A DNA stretch of 63,325 nucleotides, filler included, from Choristocarpus tenellus KU-1152 (taxonomy: Eukaryota; Protista; Phaeophyceae), in assembly GCA_964200185.2 (NCBI GenBank). It is 11 parts of 11 records of this genome, joined end to end, with 100 filler letters (N's around TTAATTAATTAA, not from the genome) between each part and the next. Parts side by side here need not be neighbours in the genome. Positions count along the whole stretch, not along the records: positions 48,367 to 52,283 come from CAXNAD020017158.1; positions 52,384 to 60,162 come from CAXNAD020005590.1; positions 60,263 to 63,325 come from CAXNAD020022589.1; 8 more parts are not named here. One strand, 5' to 3'. The translations under genes and the position numbers were made by a program. Positions 48,391 to 60,899 of the stretch are shown in pieces. Each line of letters begins with the position of its first letter. Within the stretch, counting starts at the first letter, position 1. The notes beneath the pieces were generated by a model. It was not told the DNA's origin and ran no database searches. It worked only from the letters and a program-made list of their open reading frames with translations.

Positions 48391-49215
48391 CCTATCACTC
48401 ACAATTTATCACAATAATAACTACAACAGTGATTTAAACGTTACAGATAAGAATGTGATGGCCTCGAAAACTGAGGTGAAGGCGTTCTTCTCATACACTC
48501 CACGCGAAAAAAAATATGTCCTTAACAAAAAATATGACCCTCCCCATATTGAAAGCTGCCAAGATGAAAGAATGGTCGGCACAAAAGATAGTAACACCAA
48601 CCTATACGTTTTTCATTCAATTATTAGCATTTCACAACTGAAGCATTGTCAATAGTGCTGTGCAAACCTGGTAACCTAAATGGTTACCACTAACGATCAT
48701 AGGAGTTCTATTTTTTCCTGGAAAGATGAAGTTGCCCTATCGTATATCTCACAAACGTAAGGAACGTGTTACTTTCTAAGTGATGAGACTTCATTCCAAA
48801 GAATAAACGGAGAAAACCACACAAAAAAGAACTGTTCTATGGCAGCACTCACTATACAAAAATATTGACACTGTACCAGAAACTATTCCGAAATGAAACT
48901 TGATTCATCAAATTGAAAACAAGTCTCGTCCTTGGAAGGTTGTAATACACCTTCCAGTCAACAAGTAGTTCGATATGATCCTTCGTTGTAGTTGCAGATA
49001 GACACTTAAGCTTGCACAAGACTTAGTGTCTGTACACATCTGTGGAGAGGGGGACAGGCAAAGGGCAATTGAGAGCAGGAAATAAAAAAAGTACTCGCCG
49101 TAACCTCTTGAGAACAATCGAATAAGTCTGCCGTTTCCATGGAATACTTGATGCTTAATATTGATAATATTCATAGGGCAAAGGACTGGCTGATAACTCA
49201 CCCTGGGGGAAATCA

Positions 49216-49812
49216 CTACGGCAAGGAAACCTTGGACTTAAACTTCTTGCCATCGCGAGTCTTGACCTTGATTTTAAACTCGTGGGGGAACCCAGCACCA
49301 TTGTGGACTTCGAAGAAGTTGTCTTGTGTCCGAGTTCCCTTGATGCCATGAATTTTCACTTTTTTTGCAGGCGTTGATATCCCTCGAGGCTGCACCTTGA
49401 TGTAATGTCTGTTTGACCCCTCGAATAGGAACGTCGGCTTTCCGCCTTTGCACTTCACAAATTCCCACTCAATTTTCCATCGACCATCCCCACCCATTCC
49501 GAAGTCCAAATCACCGTGTTTACACTCAGGGCACTTGTCCATTATATACCCTTCGAATACGCCAGTGATTGGTGAATTCCCGCTTCCTTTACCGGTCCCC
49601 TTGCCCCGAACACATGCCCCACACCTCTCCGAATTATCATACTGGGGACCATTGAGCGCCATTGGGATCTTGCCATCGTACATCCCAGGGATGGGGTGAC
49701 GGATCGCGCAGTTTCCAGAGCTTGTTCCCCCGTAATACGTCCCTTCTCCTATGAAGGTCGTGGCAGCAACAGCTACGGTTCCATAGACGAGGAGAGCGAT
49801 GGTGGTCTTCAT
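49216..49812 (-). CDS. Secreted expansin-like protein (microbial EXLX type: DPBB domain + CBM63-like domain), intronless, 198 aa
   Basis: Signal peptide MKTTIALLVYGTVAVAA. Domain 1 motifs GEGTYYG, GNC, ALNGPQY, CGACV, DKCPECKHGDLDF, GRWKIEWEFVKC. Domain 2 motifs EGSNRHYIKVQ, RTQDNFF. Intact ORF. Confidence 0.88.
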   Translation of the reverse strand: MKTTIALLVYGTVAVAATTFIGEGTYYGGTSSGNCAIRHPIPGMYDGKIPMALNGPQYDNSERCGACVRGKGTGKGSGNSPITGVFEGYIMDKCPECKHGDLDFGMGGDGRWKIEWEFVKCKGGKPTFLFEGSNRHYIKVQPRGISTPAKKVKIHGIKGTRTQDNFFEVHNGAGFPHEFKIKVKTRDGKKFKSKVSLP

Positions 49813-50175
49813 GTTGAAGGATTGGAACAAAATGAAGGACTCCCGAGATCTGGTTGCTGTGTGTGTATGTGTGTGCCCTTGATTGCCAGGTACAGTAGAT
49901 TACCAAATCTGCAACTGGTTTTTGTGTACTGAAAATCCGCTGTATGTCGTTTGACACGTGAGTACATCAGGACAGGACGACCACGGATTAAGAAGTTGTC
50001 CCTTACTTCAACGGACAACAAGAAGCGTTAGCAGGGGTATGATACGGAGTCCTTTCCAACAATTGAAAATTGGTAAGTTTTATCCCTTTACCACTATTAT
50101 TCTTGTGGATATATGGCGGGATAATTATATATATATTGGGATATTATTTGGGATCTGCTTGGTTGTAGATACTGT

Positions 50176-51020
50176 CTAGGACAAAAACCTTCTCCACAAC
50201 AGGAACATTTATCAAGTAATGCACCATATCATTTAAACTAAGTATAGATCTCCAAGTGAAACCTCTTCCGCAAAGATATGATATACCAATCCAAGAAGAA
50301 ATTAAGTGTTCATGGTGTAATATTCATAGTGTTGCGAAACAAAAGAATTTAGATATATGATACATTGTAAAACAAAAGGTAGACAACATTTATATGAAGT
50401 AATATATTAAAAGAATTATATTGTAATATATAATATTCTAGATATTGTCTAGGAGAAAAACCTTCTACAATACATCTATCAAGTAATGTATCATATAATC
50501 TAAGCCCCAAGTATAAGTCTCTACCAAAAACCTCTTCCACAAAGATATGATACACCAACCTAAGAAGTATTGTAGTATTCTTAGTGTAATATTCATAGTG
50601 TTGCGAAACAAAATAATTTAGACATTTATGATATATTGTAGAACAAAAAGTCTTCCACAACAACATTTACAAAGTAATATATAATAAGAATTATATTGAA
50701 ATATATAATATTCTAGATATTGTCCTCCAATGCAACGTCTATCAAGTAATGTACCATATAATCTAAGCCCCAAGGATAGATCTCCACCAAAAACCTCTTC
50801 CGCAAAGATATGATACACCAACTGAAGAAGTATTGTAGTATTCCTAGTGTAATATTCATAGTGTCGCGAGACGACATATGATATATTGTAGAACAAAACG
50901 TCCTCCACAACAACATTTACAAAGTAATATATTAAAAATAATATATTATGTATCATTTTATCATGTCATCTATCATATAATTTGAAGTCCAAGTATCGAC
51001 CTCAAACACACTCTTCCACA
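50176..51020. repeat. AT-rich tandem repeat, ~270-bp unit, about 3 copies plus a partial
   Basis: TATCAAGTAATG...AAACCTCTTCC(G/A)CAAAGATATGATA(C/T)ACCAA...GTGTAATATTCATAGTGT recurs at ~50210, ~50478 and ~50740; partial at ~50970. Confidence 0.92.
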
Positions 51021-51211
51021 AGCAAGGGGGTCAGCTTTCCATGAGTTAGAGGTTATGGTGGTGAGAAAAGTAGAAACTGCAAGCTCATCCCTCTTAGTGT
51101 TTCCTTCAAACAGGATTCCTGGAAGAAATTTGTGATAGGTACAGGATCTCTTGGTTCAAGAAATCAAGTAGTTGATCATCTATTTAACGAAGAAGCACTG
51201 GAGAATATTGC

Positions 51212-51234
51212 TTAGGGTTAGGGTTAGGGTTAGG
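51212..51234 (+). repeat. Interstitial telomere-like (TTAGGG)n
   Basis: TTAGGGTTAGGGTTAGGGTTAGG. Shorter seeds at ~32386, 33473, 34728, 35442, 35567 and 53325. Confidence 0.85.
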
Positions 51235-52225
51235 TAAATTAAGTTAGCTCCATAGTAGATTCACTTCTCCGTTATGTACCACTGCGATATCATTATTGTT
51301 GAGAGAGATGCACATCAAATATAAAACACCCTTTGTTCGTCGTATCACATGATGTGTCCAAATAACAATTCCAGATGCCAGCAACAGAGTTTGTGATATT
51401 GCATTGTTGCAACTCACAAGAAAGGCCTCACTTCCTCCTACACTAGTACAATACTTTTACATACTAACAACAAATCAATAATATTTTGTTACGGTCACAT
51501 ATCATTTTAACAGTAAGACAGAAAATATTACATTATTTTTAGTTGTGGAGGTGACTTCCTCTACTAACAACTTCCTGTATTATATGAACCCTAACCTACT
51601 CGTGAAACCCTGGAAAACATATTTATTCCTCTACCTACTACAAATAGAATCACACCCCAAACATCCTAAGGGTATATTCATAGGATATCATCCACACAGT
51701 ACATGAAGGAAATCCATGCATAGTACACCTCCGTCCTGTTTACCAAGAAAACAACTTCCAAACGTGCTTCTTTTTGTACTCTGCTCACAAAAAGAACACA
51801 CGATAAATGGCAGACCATAAAAACACAAACTGAATATACAAAGAAGCAGGAGTAAGACTTTGGCTCACGTCAACTTTCCCTTATCCCCACAAAAAATACA
51901 GTACACATTGTTACTAGTAGTGTAATTTCAAACACGAAAACCTCTTCTACCCGTCCCCACAGTAGAATAACCATACTGCCTGGCAAGGTGGTCGTACCAT
52001 AGAATTTGGAATTTTGAGGTTATGAGGGATGGCATCTTCCAATCGGGTCAATGGACACCCTCGCAAAATATGACATTAACATTGATTACTTGATGAGACT
52101 CCCGGATGGATCAAGGGATCCTTTTCTCCAGGGTCTTACTCTCCTCAAGCCTACCCCCTGAGTCTTTCTATCCCAGTACGCATGAATTTATACCAACTAC
52201 TGCTCCCTTCATCAACCCCGCAATG

Positions 52226-52283
52226 ACCCAAAGTATCTGGGGGGGGGAGGGGGTCTACACCAGGGTGTCCATTTGGACCAAAA
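52226..52283. mobile_element. Family B end at contig edge
   Basis: GACCCAAAGTATCTGGGGGGGGAGGGGGTCTACACCAGGGTGTCCATTTGGACCAAA. Confidence 0.75.
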
Positions 52284-52416
52284 NNNNNNNNNNNNNNNNN
52301 NNNNNNNNNNNNNNNNNNNNNNNNNNNTTAATTAATTAANNNNNNNNNNNNNNNNNNNNNNNNNNNNNNNNNNNNNNNNNNNNGCAGAACAGAGAGAAGG
52401 AGGGGGGACGGGGGGG

Positions 52417-52462
<46 letters not shown>

Positions 52463-52567
52463 GGGGGCTAGTTCAAAGCAGACTCCGCCCATCTTGTAAG
52501 GATGGTGGAAGCTCCTTTAAACCACAGCCCGTCAAGACGGAGATGTTTCATCTATACGCGGTACTGA

Positions 52568-52900
52568 TTGGGAAGAAAACGTGGTCTTCCGCCCGGATTC
52601 GGTGACCTCGGGGCAAAGGTGAAGCTTGGGGTGGAACTAACATTGAGGGATCTAGGTACGTTCCTGAAGCGTTTGGGTTACGTGTGGGGAGAAGGTGCTG
52701 AATCGAGACCCCCACGGTTATCGCAGGAGAGGAAATCACATACCCGCAGGTTACAGGATGAATACCGGAGTGTGGCCTTAAGGGGGAAGGTTGGGGGACC
52801 GCGGCTGTCGTTGTTGTACACATGGACGAATCCTCTTGCCATCAGCTGTGCACGGCTCAGCATCTTGCAACCACAACGATTTGAGCCATTGAAAAAAAAT
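52568..52900 (+). pseudogene. Possible IS630/Tc1-mariner-like transposase fragment
   Basis: LRDLGTFLKRLGYVWG (HTH-end-like), followed in a shifted frame by VVVHMDESSCHQ (first-Asp DES motif-like). Confidence 0.4.
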
Positions 52901-53112
52901 GTATCCTATGGAGGTCCTGCATGTCTCAGGATTCAAAATGAGGTAGCTTTTGCACCACGAGTAGGCAACGCCATCCTACAAATATGAAAACAACAAGAGA
53001 ATCCCCCCCGAAAAAAGCAGGGATGATCCCCTCATTCAGATTATGCACCCTATTGCGTGGGTATTTTGAGAGTCCAGGTGATACTGTCGTCTTACCAATG
53101 CATTGGGATATC

Positions 53113-53163
53113 AGCTTTCATTCCATGCTTTCATTCCATGCTTTCATTCCATGCTTTCATTCC
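53113..53163 (+). repeat. 13-bp minisatellite (GCTTTCATTCCAT)x4
   Basis: Directly visible. Confidence 0.9.
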
Positions 53164-55900
53164 GTATCTCTACTTAATGGGATGGATGAACCCATAGCAT
53201 ATTTTTTGCAGCATTTAGGATGCCTTCAGTCTTGTCAAGATTGTGCTTGACCATTTGTGAGAACAAGGATTTTGAAGTGACTTTTTATGTAGGCACAGAT
53301 GACGATGCGGGACATTAAGGATATTTAGGGTTAGGGTATTTGACCAGAAGCAATTGGCGGAATGTTAAGAGTCAGAGTGTTTCTGACGTGTGCTACAGAG
53401 AACTGTCAATACATTTGGTACTCTGAGTCATTTACTGCAAGGCTTGGTGAGCCCCATCGAGTGATGATATCTCACTCTCTTCTCAACTGCGATACAAGCT
53501 AGTAAACAATAATATAACTGGTTGTGTGGGACAACAGATTGTCGAGGACAGCTTAACAAGTCTACTCTGGGGGGATGAAGCATTTTCTCCAAATTAAGCA
53601 TACATGGGCTGTACCGTGGGCTCCATATGAAGGTAGGTCTCAGACTAATGACATAATATACAAAAAGTGCCTACGTTCCCAACCGTATATTATTAAACAG
53701 ATGGAAGGGATGGTTCAATCAATCTGCAGTGTCTCTCCATTCATAAATAATTCAAAATCGATCTCCAGAGACGAATCGTGAGTTGTTGCTGTTGTTGTAA
53801 GCTAAGCCTCTGCCAGCTGCGACACAAATAAAAGTGATTTATTAATCTCATCAACCAATCAAAAGAGAGCGTGCTCAGCGTCTGCCTGTGCATGCAGAAG
53901 AGGAAAAAACAAAAACAAAATCGCAGGCACTGCCTAAGGCGGACATACAAGAAGGGGATCCATCTAATTCACAGACGCCTTTTCTATTAAGTCTAAGAAA
54001 TTGACTCTTGTGTATTTTCCTGTCCTTACACACATGCGAAAATCGAATTTCGCGAAAAAATAGTGTTGTGAACCACAACAGTTCAATCAGCTCGAGTTCA
54101 ATCAGTCGGATTAAGGAAACAACTGAACTCAAAAAATCTTGGTTGTATAGGGGAGGGATTTCTTCACAATACAAACCAGAAATGAGCATGACTGCTGAAT
54201 GCATCAAGAGGTAACAGAACCACACACTGCATTAGTCAGAAGGCATCACTACCTACAACTCACTACATAATTCACACTATCTACGGATTCTGACCTACCT
54301 GCTGAGATCTGTGGAGACTTTGAATTCTTTGGGTCTCGTGCGCCAACAGTTTTTGATCAAATTAACTTAAATTTAATCAAATCAAATTTTTTGAAAGTCA
54401 ATTCATATTTAACCAAATAATTATTTCGTAACACACAGCGCTACAAAAAAGCAGGAGATTGCCCTACTCAAAAAAAAAAACTAAAAAATCATATCCAAAC
54501 ACAACGAACTCCCTGTAAACCAGAAGACAGGGCCCTTTCATGTTCACCTTGTTGAGCAAGAAATAACCAATCATAGGTAATGTTGATGGCGATCGATCTC
54601 GCCCTAGGGATGCTAGGACTTGGAACTAGTAAATTGCTATCAATTATAACGTTTCAACAGAAGACTAATAAGCTTCATATTGATTTGGGGTGCATTACAG
54701 AGGCTCTTGGGTAGAAAAGGAGGTGATCATTCAGTGCTTATTATCTGCAAACAATATAAAATAACCATCAATCAGCAATGCTCAATCATGCAATGGAACC
54801 TGCCAGTCCCTCCAGGTCACATGAATCACTATAACTTTTGACGGGCAGCACTAGAATCGTAGACCAACAATAGAACCGCATGGTATGTGCGAGGATAGGA
54901 TACCATATCAACAACTTGAAGAGAGTCCACAAAGTTTTATATAAGGGCCTCCCGTCGACGAACTGCTTCCTAGTTTATCTTATACCCTAAGGGAAAGGGG
55001 GTGAGGGAATCCTTATTATTGACGTATTCAAACTGAAACGATGCTGCCGTGGCATGTCAATGATCTTCGCTTTGACTTGTTAAGTGGTGAGGTACAAAAC
55101 AAGCCACGTCTTCCCCCCGACAATTAATAGTGGGACCGAAAAGCACGGGAGAAGGCATCATACTTACAATGCCATCTATCAACCCCTGGACCACGAACAA
55201 GAGATGCTCGAGTGGAGGATAGCTGTTCAAATGTACAAGATACCTATCAAAATGTACAAGTCGCTTATCGATATGTGAAACTTCCTGTCGAGAAGAATGT
55301 CACATTGACATGGACTGGGCTCGTATCGCAGTTAGTAAATAAATCCTAGGTATATGTATTTATTGGATCCAGAGAGATGTACAAGGAGCTCACTTCTCTG
55401 CTCACTTCTCCGCTCACTTCTCCCATTCGACTTCTGTTGATCGCAATGTCCGCGACAGGTTCTTCTCGCAAGTACAGAGTCTTGCCATCTAGAGTATATC
55501 ATATTTGCTTATGAATATTCTTACCTTTTCGCACACGGTCAATCCTTCCCCCAAGCTTCCTATCGCAGGTCCTCCTTGATATGACAGAGAACACCGTCCC
55601 TGAAGTTGATGAAGTTGGAGTTCCTCATTCCCAAAGCCAAACCCATCCTCTTCCGTTGATGGCCTTCGATCCTCATGGGTATCTGCGACTATATGATCTA
55701 TTGATTTGTCCAGGCAACAGTCACATATGTCTTCCATCCTTTTCAGTAGGAACTAGTAAGCAAACCTCTACAATTAGACTGCTACGTTGCAAGGTAGTTC
55801 AGGTGGTTCATTTCTTAAAAAGAAGTGAAGGTTCTATACCAAATACGAGATATGTTGTGAGATGATTAAGTCCACTGTCGCCAACACTCTGACTTGTTCC

Positions 55901-55936
<36 letters not shown>

Positions 55937-56126
55937 TTCACACGTCTACAAAATGTGAAAGCCCATGATAAAATGTATTATATATTTATGTACAAACATA
56001 GAAACAAGAACTAAGGTTATATGTGTTGTGAGGTGACGATTTACAATGGACTGCCAGAAGGCTGGTGGACCAGTCCAGAGACCAGTCCAGATAGGTGGTC
56101 TACCCTTTCACAGGACCAGTTCAAGG

Positions 56127-56246
56127 CCATGAATAGCCGATTTCAAAGATTGAGGATGGACCTTTTCATTGAGGATGGGCTTGACCCAAAATTGACTGGG
56201 ATAAAGTGTCGATATATATACAATTTTTGAAATCGGCTGTTCATGG
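56127..56246. mobile_element. Short (~120 bp) family C derivative with 21-bp inverted repeat
   Basis: CCATGAATAGCCGATTTCAAA ... TTTGAAATCGGCTGTTCATGG (one mismatch). The interior matches the reverse complement of 360-440. Confidence 0.7.
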
Positions 56247-56843
56247 GAGAATATGAACGGACTGGACCGAAGACTGGTTCTGACCAAATTTGTAGTTAAC
56301 TACGGGGAAGAACGGGACCCATCGACATTGCTATCGAGACGGGGCAACAAACAAACGAGGTAAGTATGTAGTTAACAGGGTCAGACCAGGAATTTCGAAG
56401 AGCCCAACAACCAGATCGCGCCAAGATCTAGTCCGCTTTAGAACGATCATGTCAGGTCACGACTAATTTGACCCTTGACTGTTCACTACCAAGCTTTTGC
56501 CTTGTCTGTCATCTTTGACACCTATCTATTGGGAGCATTATAAACTTATTTTTAGTTATTCTTTCTAGAAACAACAGGTAGGTGCAATACCAAGCCCCAC
56601 CATGTATAATTATATCACTCTTCTCTTTTCAACCATGTGATCACATTCAGCGAAGAGGAATCATGTGAGGCTCCGATCTCTTTTGTCTTCTACCATATTC
56701 ACGCAAATAGCAGTCTACACCTGCACAAGGTATGCTGCGGAAATGGTGGGATGTAAGAATAGTAGGCTTGAGCATAACCAAAACCTTTTTCGTCTTGTAG
56801 AAAATACGATTTATATAGGATTTTCAAAAAGCATGTGTTAGTA

Positions 56844-56925
56844 GTCGATGTGACCGAGTGGTTAAGGTGAAGGACTTGAAATCCTTTGGGTTATACCCGC
56901 GCGGGTTCAAATCCCGTCGTCGACG
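56844..56925 (+). tRNA. tRNA-Ser(TGA)
   Basis: Acceptor GTCGATG/CGTCGAC plus G73; anticodon arm AAGGA-CTTGAAA-TCCTT; long variable arm GGGT-TAT-ACCC; T arm GCGGG-TTCAAAT-CCCGT; 82 nt. Confidence 0.95.
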
Positions 56926-56987
56926 AGTTAAACTCATACTCATATTCTTTTGTGTTTTCCCTAAATCATGCAAGGCTCTATATTAGT

Positions 56988-56995
56988 ATTATTAT

Positions 56996-57042
<47 letters not shown>
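56988..57042 (+). repeat. (TAT)/(TAC)n microsatellite
   Basis: Directly visible. Confidence 0.95.
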
Positions 57043-57559
57043 TCATTATTGTTATATGAACGGTAGTAGTGGTAGCGGTAATGGTAGAGAAAGAACGAGA
57101 ATGCAAGAGATGTAAGCTCACAAAGAAAACACCTTTCAGCAGACAGCAATAACGGTTATGTTGGTTAGTTGGGCGACCTTGCCTGTTGGAATCGTGTGAA
57201 GCACATGAGGTATTACAGCTTCGTTGAATGTCATTCCGTCATGAACCTCGTTGTGTCGTTGGTCACACACTCATCATATCACTCTTCTTCTTATTGGTTT
57301 TATGACACTCGTGCTCCAACCTTCATCTCCAATCCCAAACTCGGAGGCATTTCCACCAGTTCTATTGTTCACCTTGCTTCAGTTTTATATTTGCAAGGTT
57401 CCCAAACATCAATCAATATCTTGACCCATCTCCCATGCGAGCAAACTGACCCCGGAAATAGAAGTCCCTGCTTGCACACTGTTGCCGTCATACTCTTACT
57501 CCCAGTCTTCTCATGACTATCTTTGTAGGAGGAGAGGACATGATTTTTGTGGTCCCCTT

Positions 57560-58750
57560 TGCGGAAATCTATGCAATGGAGGAGGAATTGAGGTGACGTG
57601 TGCGGAGCTTCAGGTAGTAAGCCTGGCGGAGTTCATACCACTATAATACAGAATTCAAATACTTCAGGTTTAAGCATTCGAATCTTAAGGTCATGTAAGA
57701 TACCGAAGACTCTGTCATAAAGAACTTGGCAGTATTGGCGAAAGTAACTCCAACCTTTCTTAACCCAAAATAAACCTCACCCCAATATGGAATTTACAGA
57801 CGACAGAGACCATCTTCAAAGACATGTTTGGCCGGCACAACCCGTAGAAGATCGCGATCAACAGAGTCATAAGTTTTTGTAGGTCGATAAAACACAGGAC
57901 GATGGGTACATATGCTTTTTAAAACCAATCTTGTGGAGGGCACGTACTGTGTACATCAAGTCCTCTGTGGAGGGTTAGGCCCGAAACAACACTATTCCAC
58001 ATGAAGGATGTTTTCCCATTCCTGGTAATCCCAAAGTTGTCGTGCAACAACTTTGAAAAGGACTTTGCCAGTACGTGCTACCAACAAAATTCCTGTCTGT
58101 GGTTGCCAGAATCAGTGTGGTCCTTCTTCTTGTAGAGGACAGTGATAAGCACATCATTGCACACAGCCAACACAGTGGTATGAAAACTCCAGAGAATTGC
58201 TGCGTCCTCCTGGAGGTCGTAGCTTTCGGAGCTCAACAAGAAGATTGTCGGGGCCCATACAGCCTTACCATTTCCCATTGCCCGGAGTGCTTCAGTCACT
58301 TCCACCATTGTTGGAGGAGTAACGAGGGTCATGGACGTCAGTCCCTGATCGAGGGCTTTAGCACTATGATGGTTGAGATCAATCAACCTGAAATTAAGGA
58401 GCACTATTAAGTGTTTATCTCCTTCACCGTCCCATGATAGATGCTTGCTCCCTGAGTAGCCGCCAAGACTTATGATGGATATGGTGAGAGGCATTCTCAC
58501 TGGTTCTCTTGGTATCGAAGCCTTTCAGGTGTTGGTGGAAGCAGTTTCGTCCCCAATGTGATTAAGGTCTTCCATCTTCCTGCAGGGGAGACACGCTCAT
58601 CCGTTTGAGTTGTTTGCCAGTCTTCTTCAACGTGTCCTTGAAAATGGCACTTTGGGGGTCTCTGTGCAATTGTTTCCATGTCCTTTCTACGTTCCTCCCA
58701 GGCTTCCAGGTTTTTGCTTGAGGTTGGTCGCATACACACCACCCTCTAGG
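57560..58750 (-). mobile_element. Degenerate LINE (RTE-like) reverse transcriptase remnant
   Basis: PTMVEVTEALRAMGNGKA...ITVLYKKKDHTDSGNHR, then FRA*PSTEDLMYTVRALH...KTYDSVDRDLL (KAYDSVDR-like). Confidence 0.78.
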
Positions 58751-59262
58751 CGGCAACACTCTCGGTGAAGGGGTGGAAGGACTTCTAAGGGGACCGGACC
58801 GTCCAACAAATTGATTGCTTACAGAGATATGAAATTCTCGACATTGCCAAGTATATCAGCTATATCTTTGAGTGTCACTACCTCTCCTACTGTGAGGATG
58901 TTTTTAGCAGCCATGATCGCTAGTTCAGGCCTCAAAGGTGGTGTAGACAGCAGGGGTTGTCGGTTGAACTTTAAGTTTTTTATAATGATTCTAGCCATTT
59001 ATTGGATGGACGACGATACGGTCCTTGGCCCCAACTTCTGTTGGGTTGTATGATGTTAGAGTTCGACTCTTCAAGCATCGGACAGACTCTTTCTTTAGAG
59101 GTTCTATGAGACTCCCATCAGTGTTCAGCCCAGTCAAATATGGTACTCCTTCAGCAACCAACAGATTTTTTTCCACTCTGGTCGTGTAAGGATGAGATTG
59201 ATGAATAAATCCTCTCCATGGTTCTTTAAGTTCTTTTCACCCTGAATATATTATTGTCAAGT

Positions 59263-59519
59263 GAGACAAATTATCTTAGAGGATAGGACCGTGTCCATTT
59301 GGGTCCAAAATCAAATGTTGAGATTTTATGCAATTTTGGCTATCGTGATCGTTAGGAAGTGTCAGTATCCTTGTTCTGGACACACCTTTTCATAACGTAT
59401 ACATTTTACCCACTCCGAAACATTTTGGAGTAGGAAAATGTCACAAAAACCCCCGTGGAAAGTCAAGCCCCAAATGGACAAACAGGGTAAAACTCGTACC
59501 CTCTAAGATACTTTCACTC
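59263..59519. mobile_element. MITE family A copy, 3-bp TSD AGT
   Basis: AGT|GAGACAAATTATCTTAGAGG ... TACCCTCTAAGATACTTTCACTC|AGT. Confidence 0.92.
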
Positions 59520-60262
59520 AGTATTATGGATGGGTTGAAACAGGACCCAAATGATTTGGTAATAACCAGGTCTCAATGAATATCCACAATAATATACATA
59601 CACAACAAAAAATCTAGTCCTAATCCCCCCCAAATAATATAAAACACGACATGTTAACTATGTGGATATATGTGGGGATAAAGTTATTAAGAGGTGGCTT
59701 GGGCACTCTTGACTTTTTCGAGGTGTTTTTAGGGATAGGGATTATCGTTTAAAGAAGCAACAGCAAGGAGTGTGCAATGCTCCATTTTCAACCTACTGAA
59801 CCCCTTCATCCAATGGATGTGAAGCAAGCACAAGTAGTATTATCGGGCGAAGTAGGTACAGTATTAGGATTGGAAGTGCTCAGTAAGCAATCAAACAGTG
59901 TGAAGGTCCCTTTAAACTTGGGGCTTCGAATCCAGATGAATATTGGTAAGGAAGACAGTTCCTATCTTCTTACGTTTCCTTCTAACGGTACAAGACATTC
60001 CACATATTATACCATCAACAGTTTTTCCTTAGTCATACTGTACCGCCAACTAAACCGAAACCCTATTTAATACACCTATTTAATACACATGTGAAACAGG
60101 TGGAAACAGCCGACAGATTCTTCGTAATGAAGGGGGGTGGGAAGACCCACAGGAGGACAGATNNNNNNNNNNNNNNNNNNNNNNNNNNNNNNNNNNNNNN
60201 NNNNNNTTAATTAATTAANNNNNNNNNNNNNNNNNNNNNNNNNNNNNNNNNNNNNNNNNNNN

Positions 60263-60449
60263 GGGGGGGAGGGCGTGTGGGGGGGGGGGGGGGGGGGGGT
60301 CTTCGTCAGTGTGTCCATCTGGAACAAAACCAGGAAAAGCGCACTTACGTTATCCATCCGATGTAATGCAACCAAATCGCCCAAAAATCGTGACATGAAA
60401 AAATTGGCCCCAAATGGACAGCCACCCCCCCCCCCAAGATACTTTGGCT
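60263..60449. mobile_element. Nearly complete family B MITE (~200 bp; poly-G / poly-C subtermini)
   Basis: (G)n TCTTC...GTGTCCATCTGGAACAAAACCAGGAAAAG ... CCCCAAATGGACAGCCA(C)nAAGATACTTTGGCTC. Confidence 0.78.
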
Positions 60450-60899
60450 CTGGGTTTCAATCCCAGACACCTGTGACTCTGCAAGTACCTTGTTTAGATC
60501 ACATCTGATTTAAATCATTAGAAGCTGATAGAGCCACAGGGCATCATTCACAATGTAGGAGAATCTTTTTTTCATATATCTGTTGTCCTTCATCTGGAAA
60601 TGTCGAGAAATATGCTCGTATTCAATCTTGTTGCTTTTACATTGACCCACTTGAGGATCCCTAGTGCTTAACCCACCGCTGTAGAATCTTGACATTAATA
60701 CACAGGGGCTTGACTCAATCCAATAATGTGGATACTTAACTTTCCCATTCTTTTAAATTGACCCATGTATGGTAGGATGCCCTGGTTTCACACGTGTTGA
60801 ATGTGAATAGAAATGCATGCGCAGGATTATACTAGCACGGAGCCTCTCTCTCCGTAGCACTTTCCCCAAAACATCTACTGCCATGTGATTCTCCCTGCG

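Noticed and set aside
3882-60262. Recurrent TTAATTAATTAA palindrome and ORFs ending in XXXXLIN
   Set aside because: Artificial contig linker. Neighbourhood across linkers (for example transposase next to tRNA-Val) carries no biological meaning.
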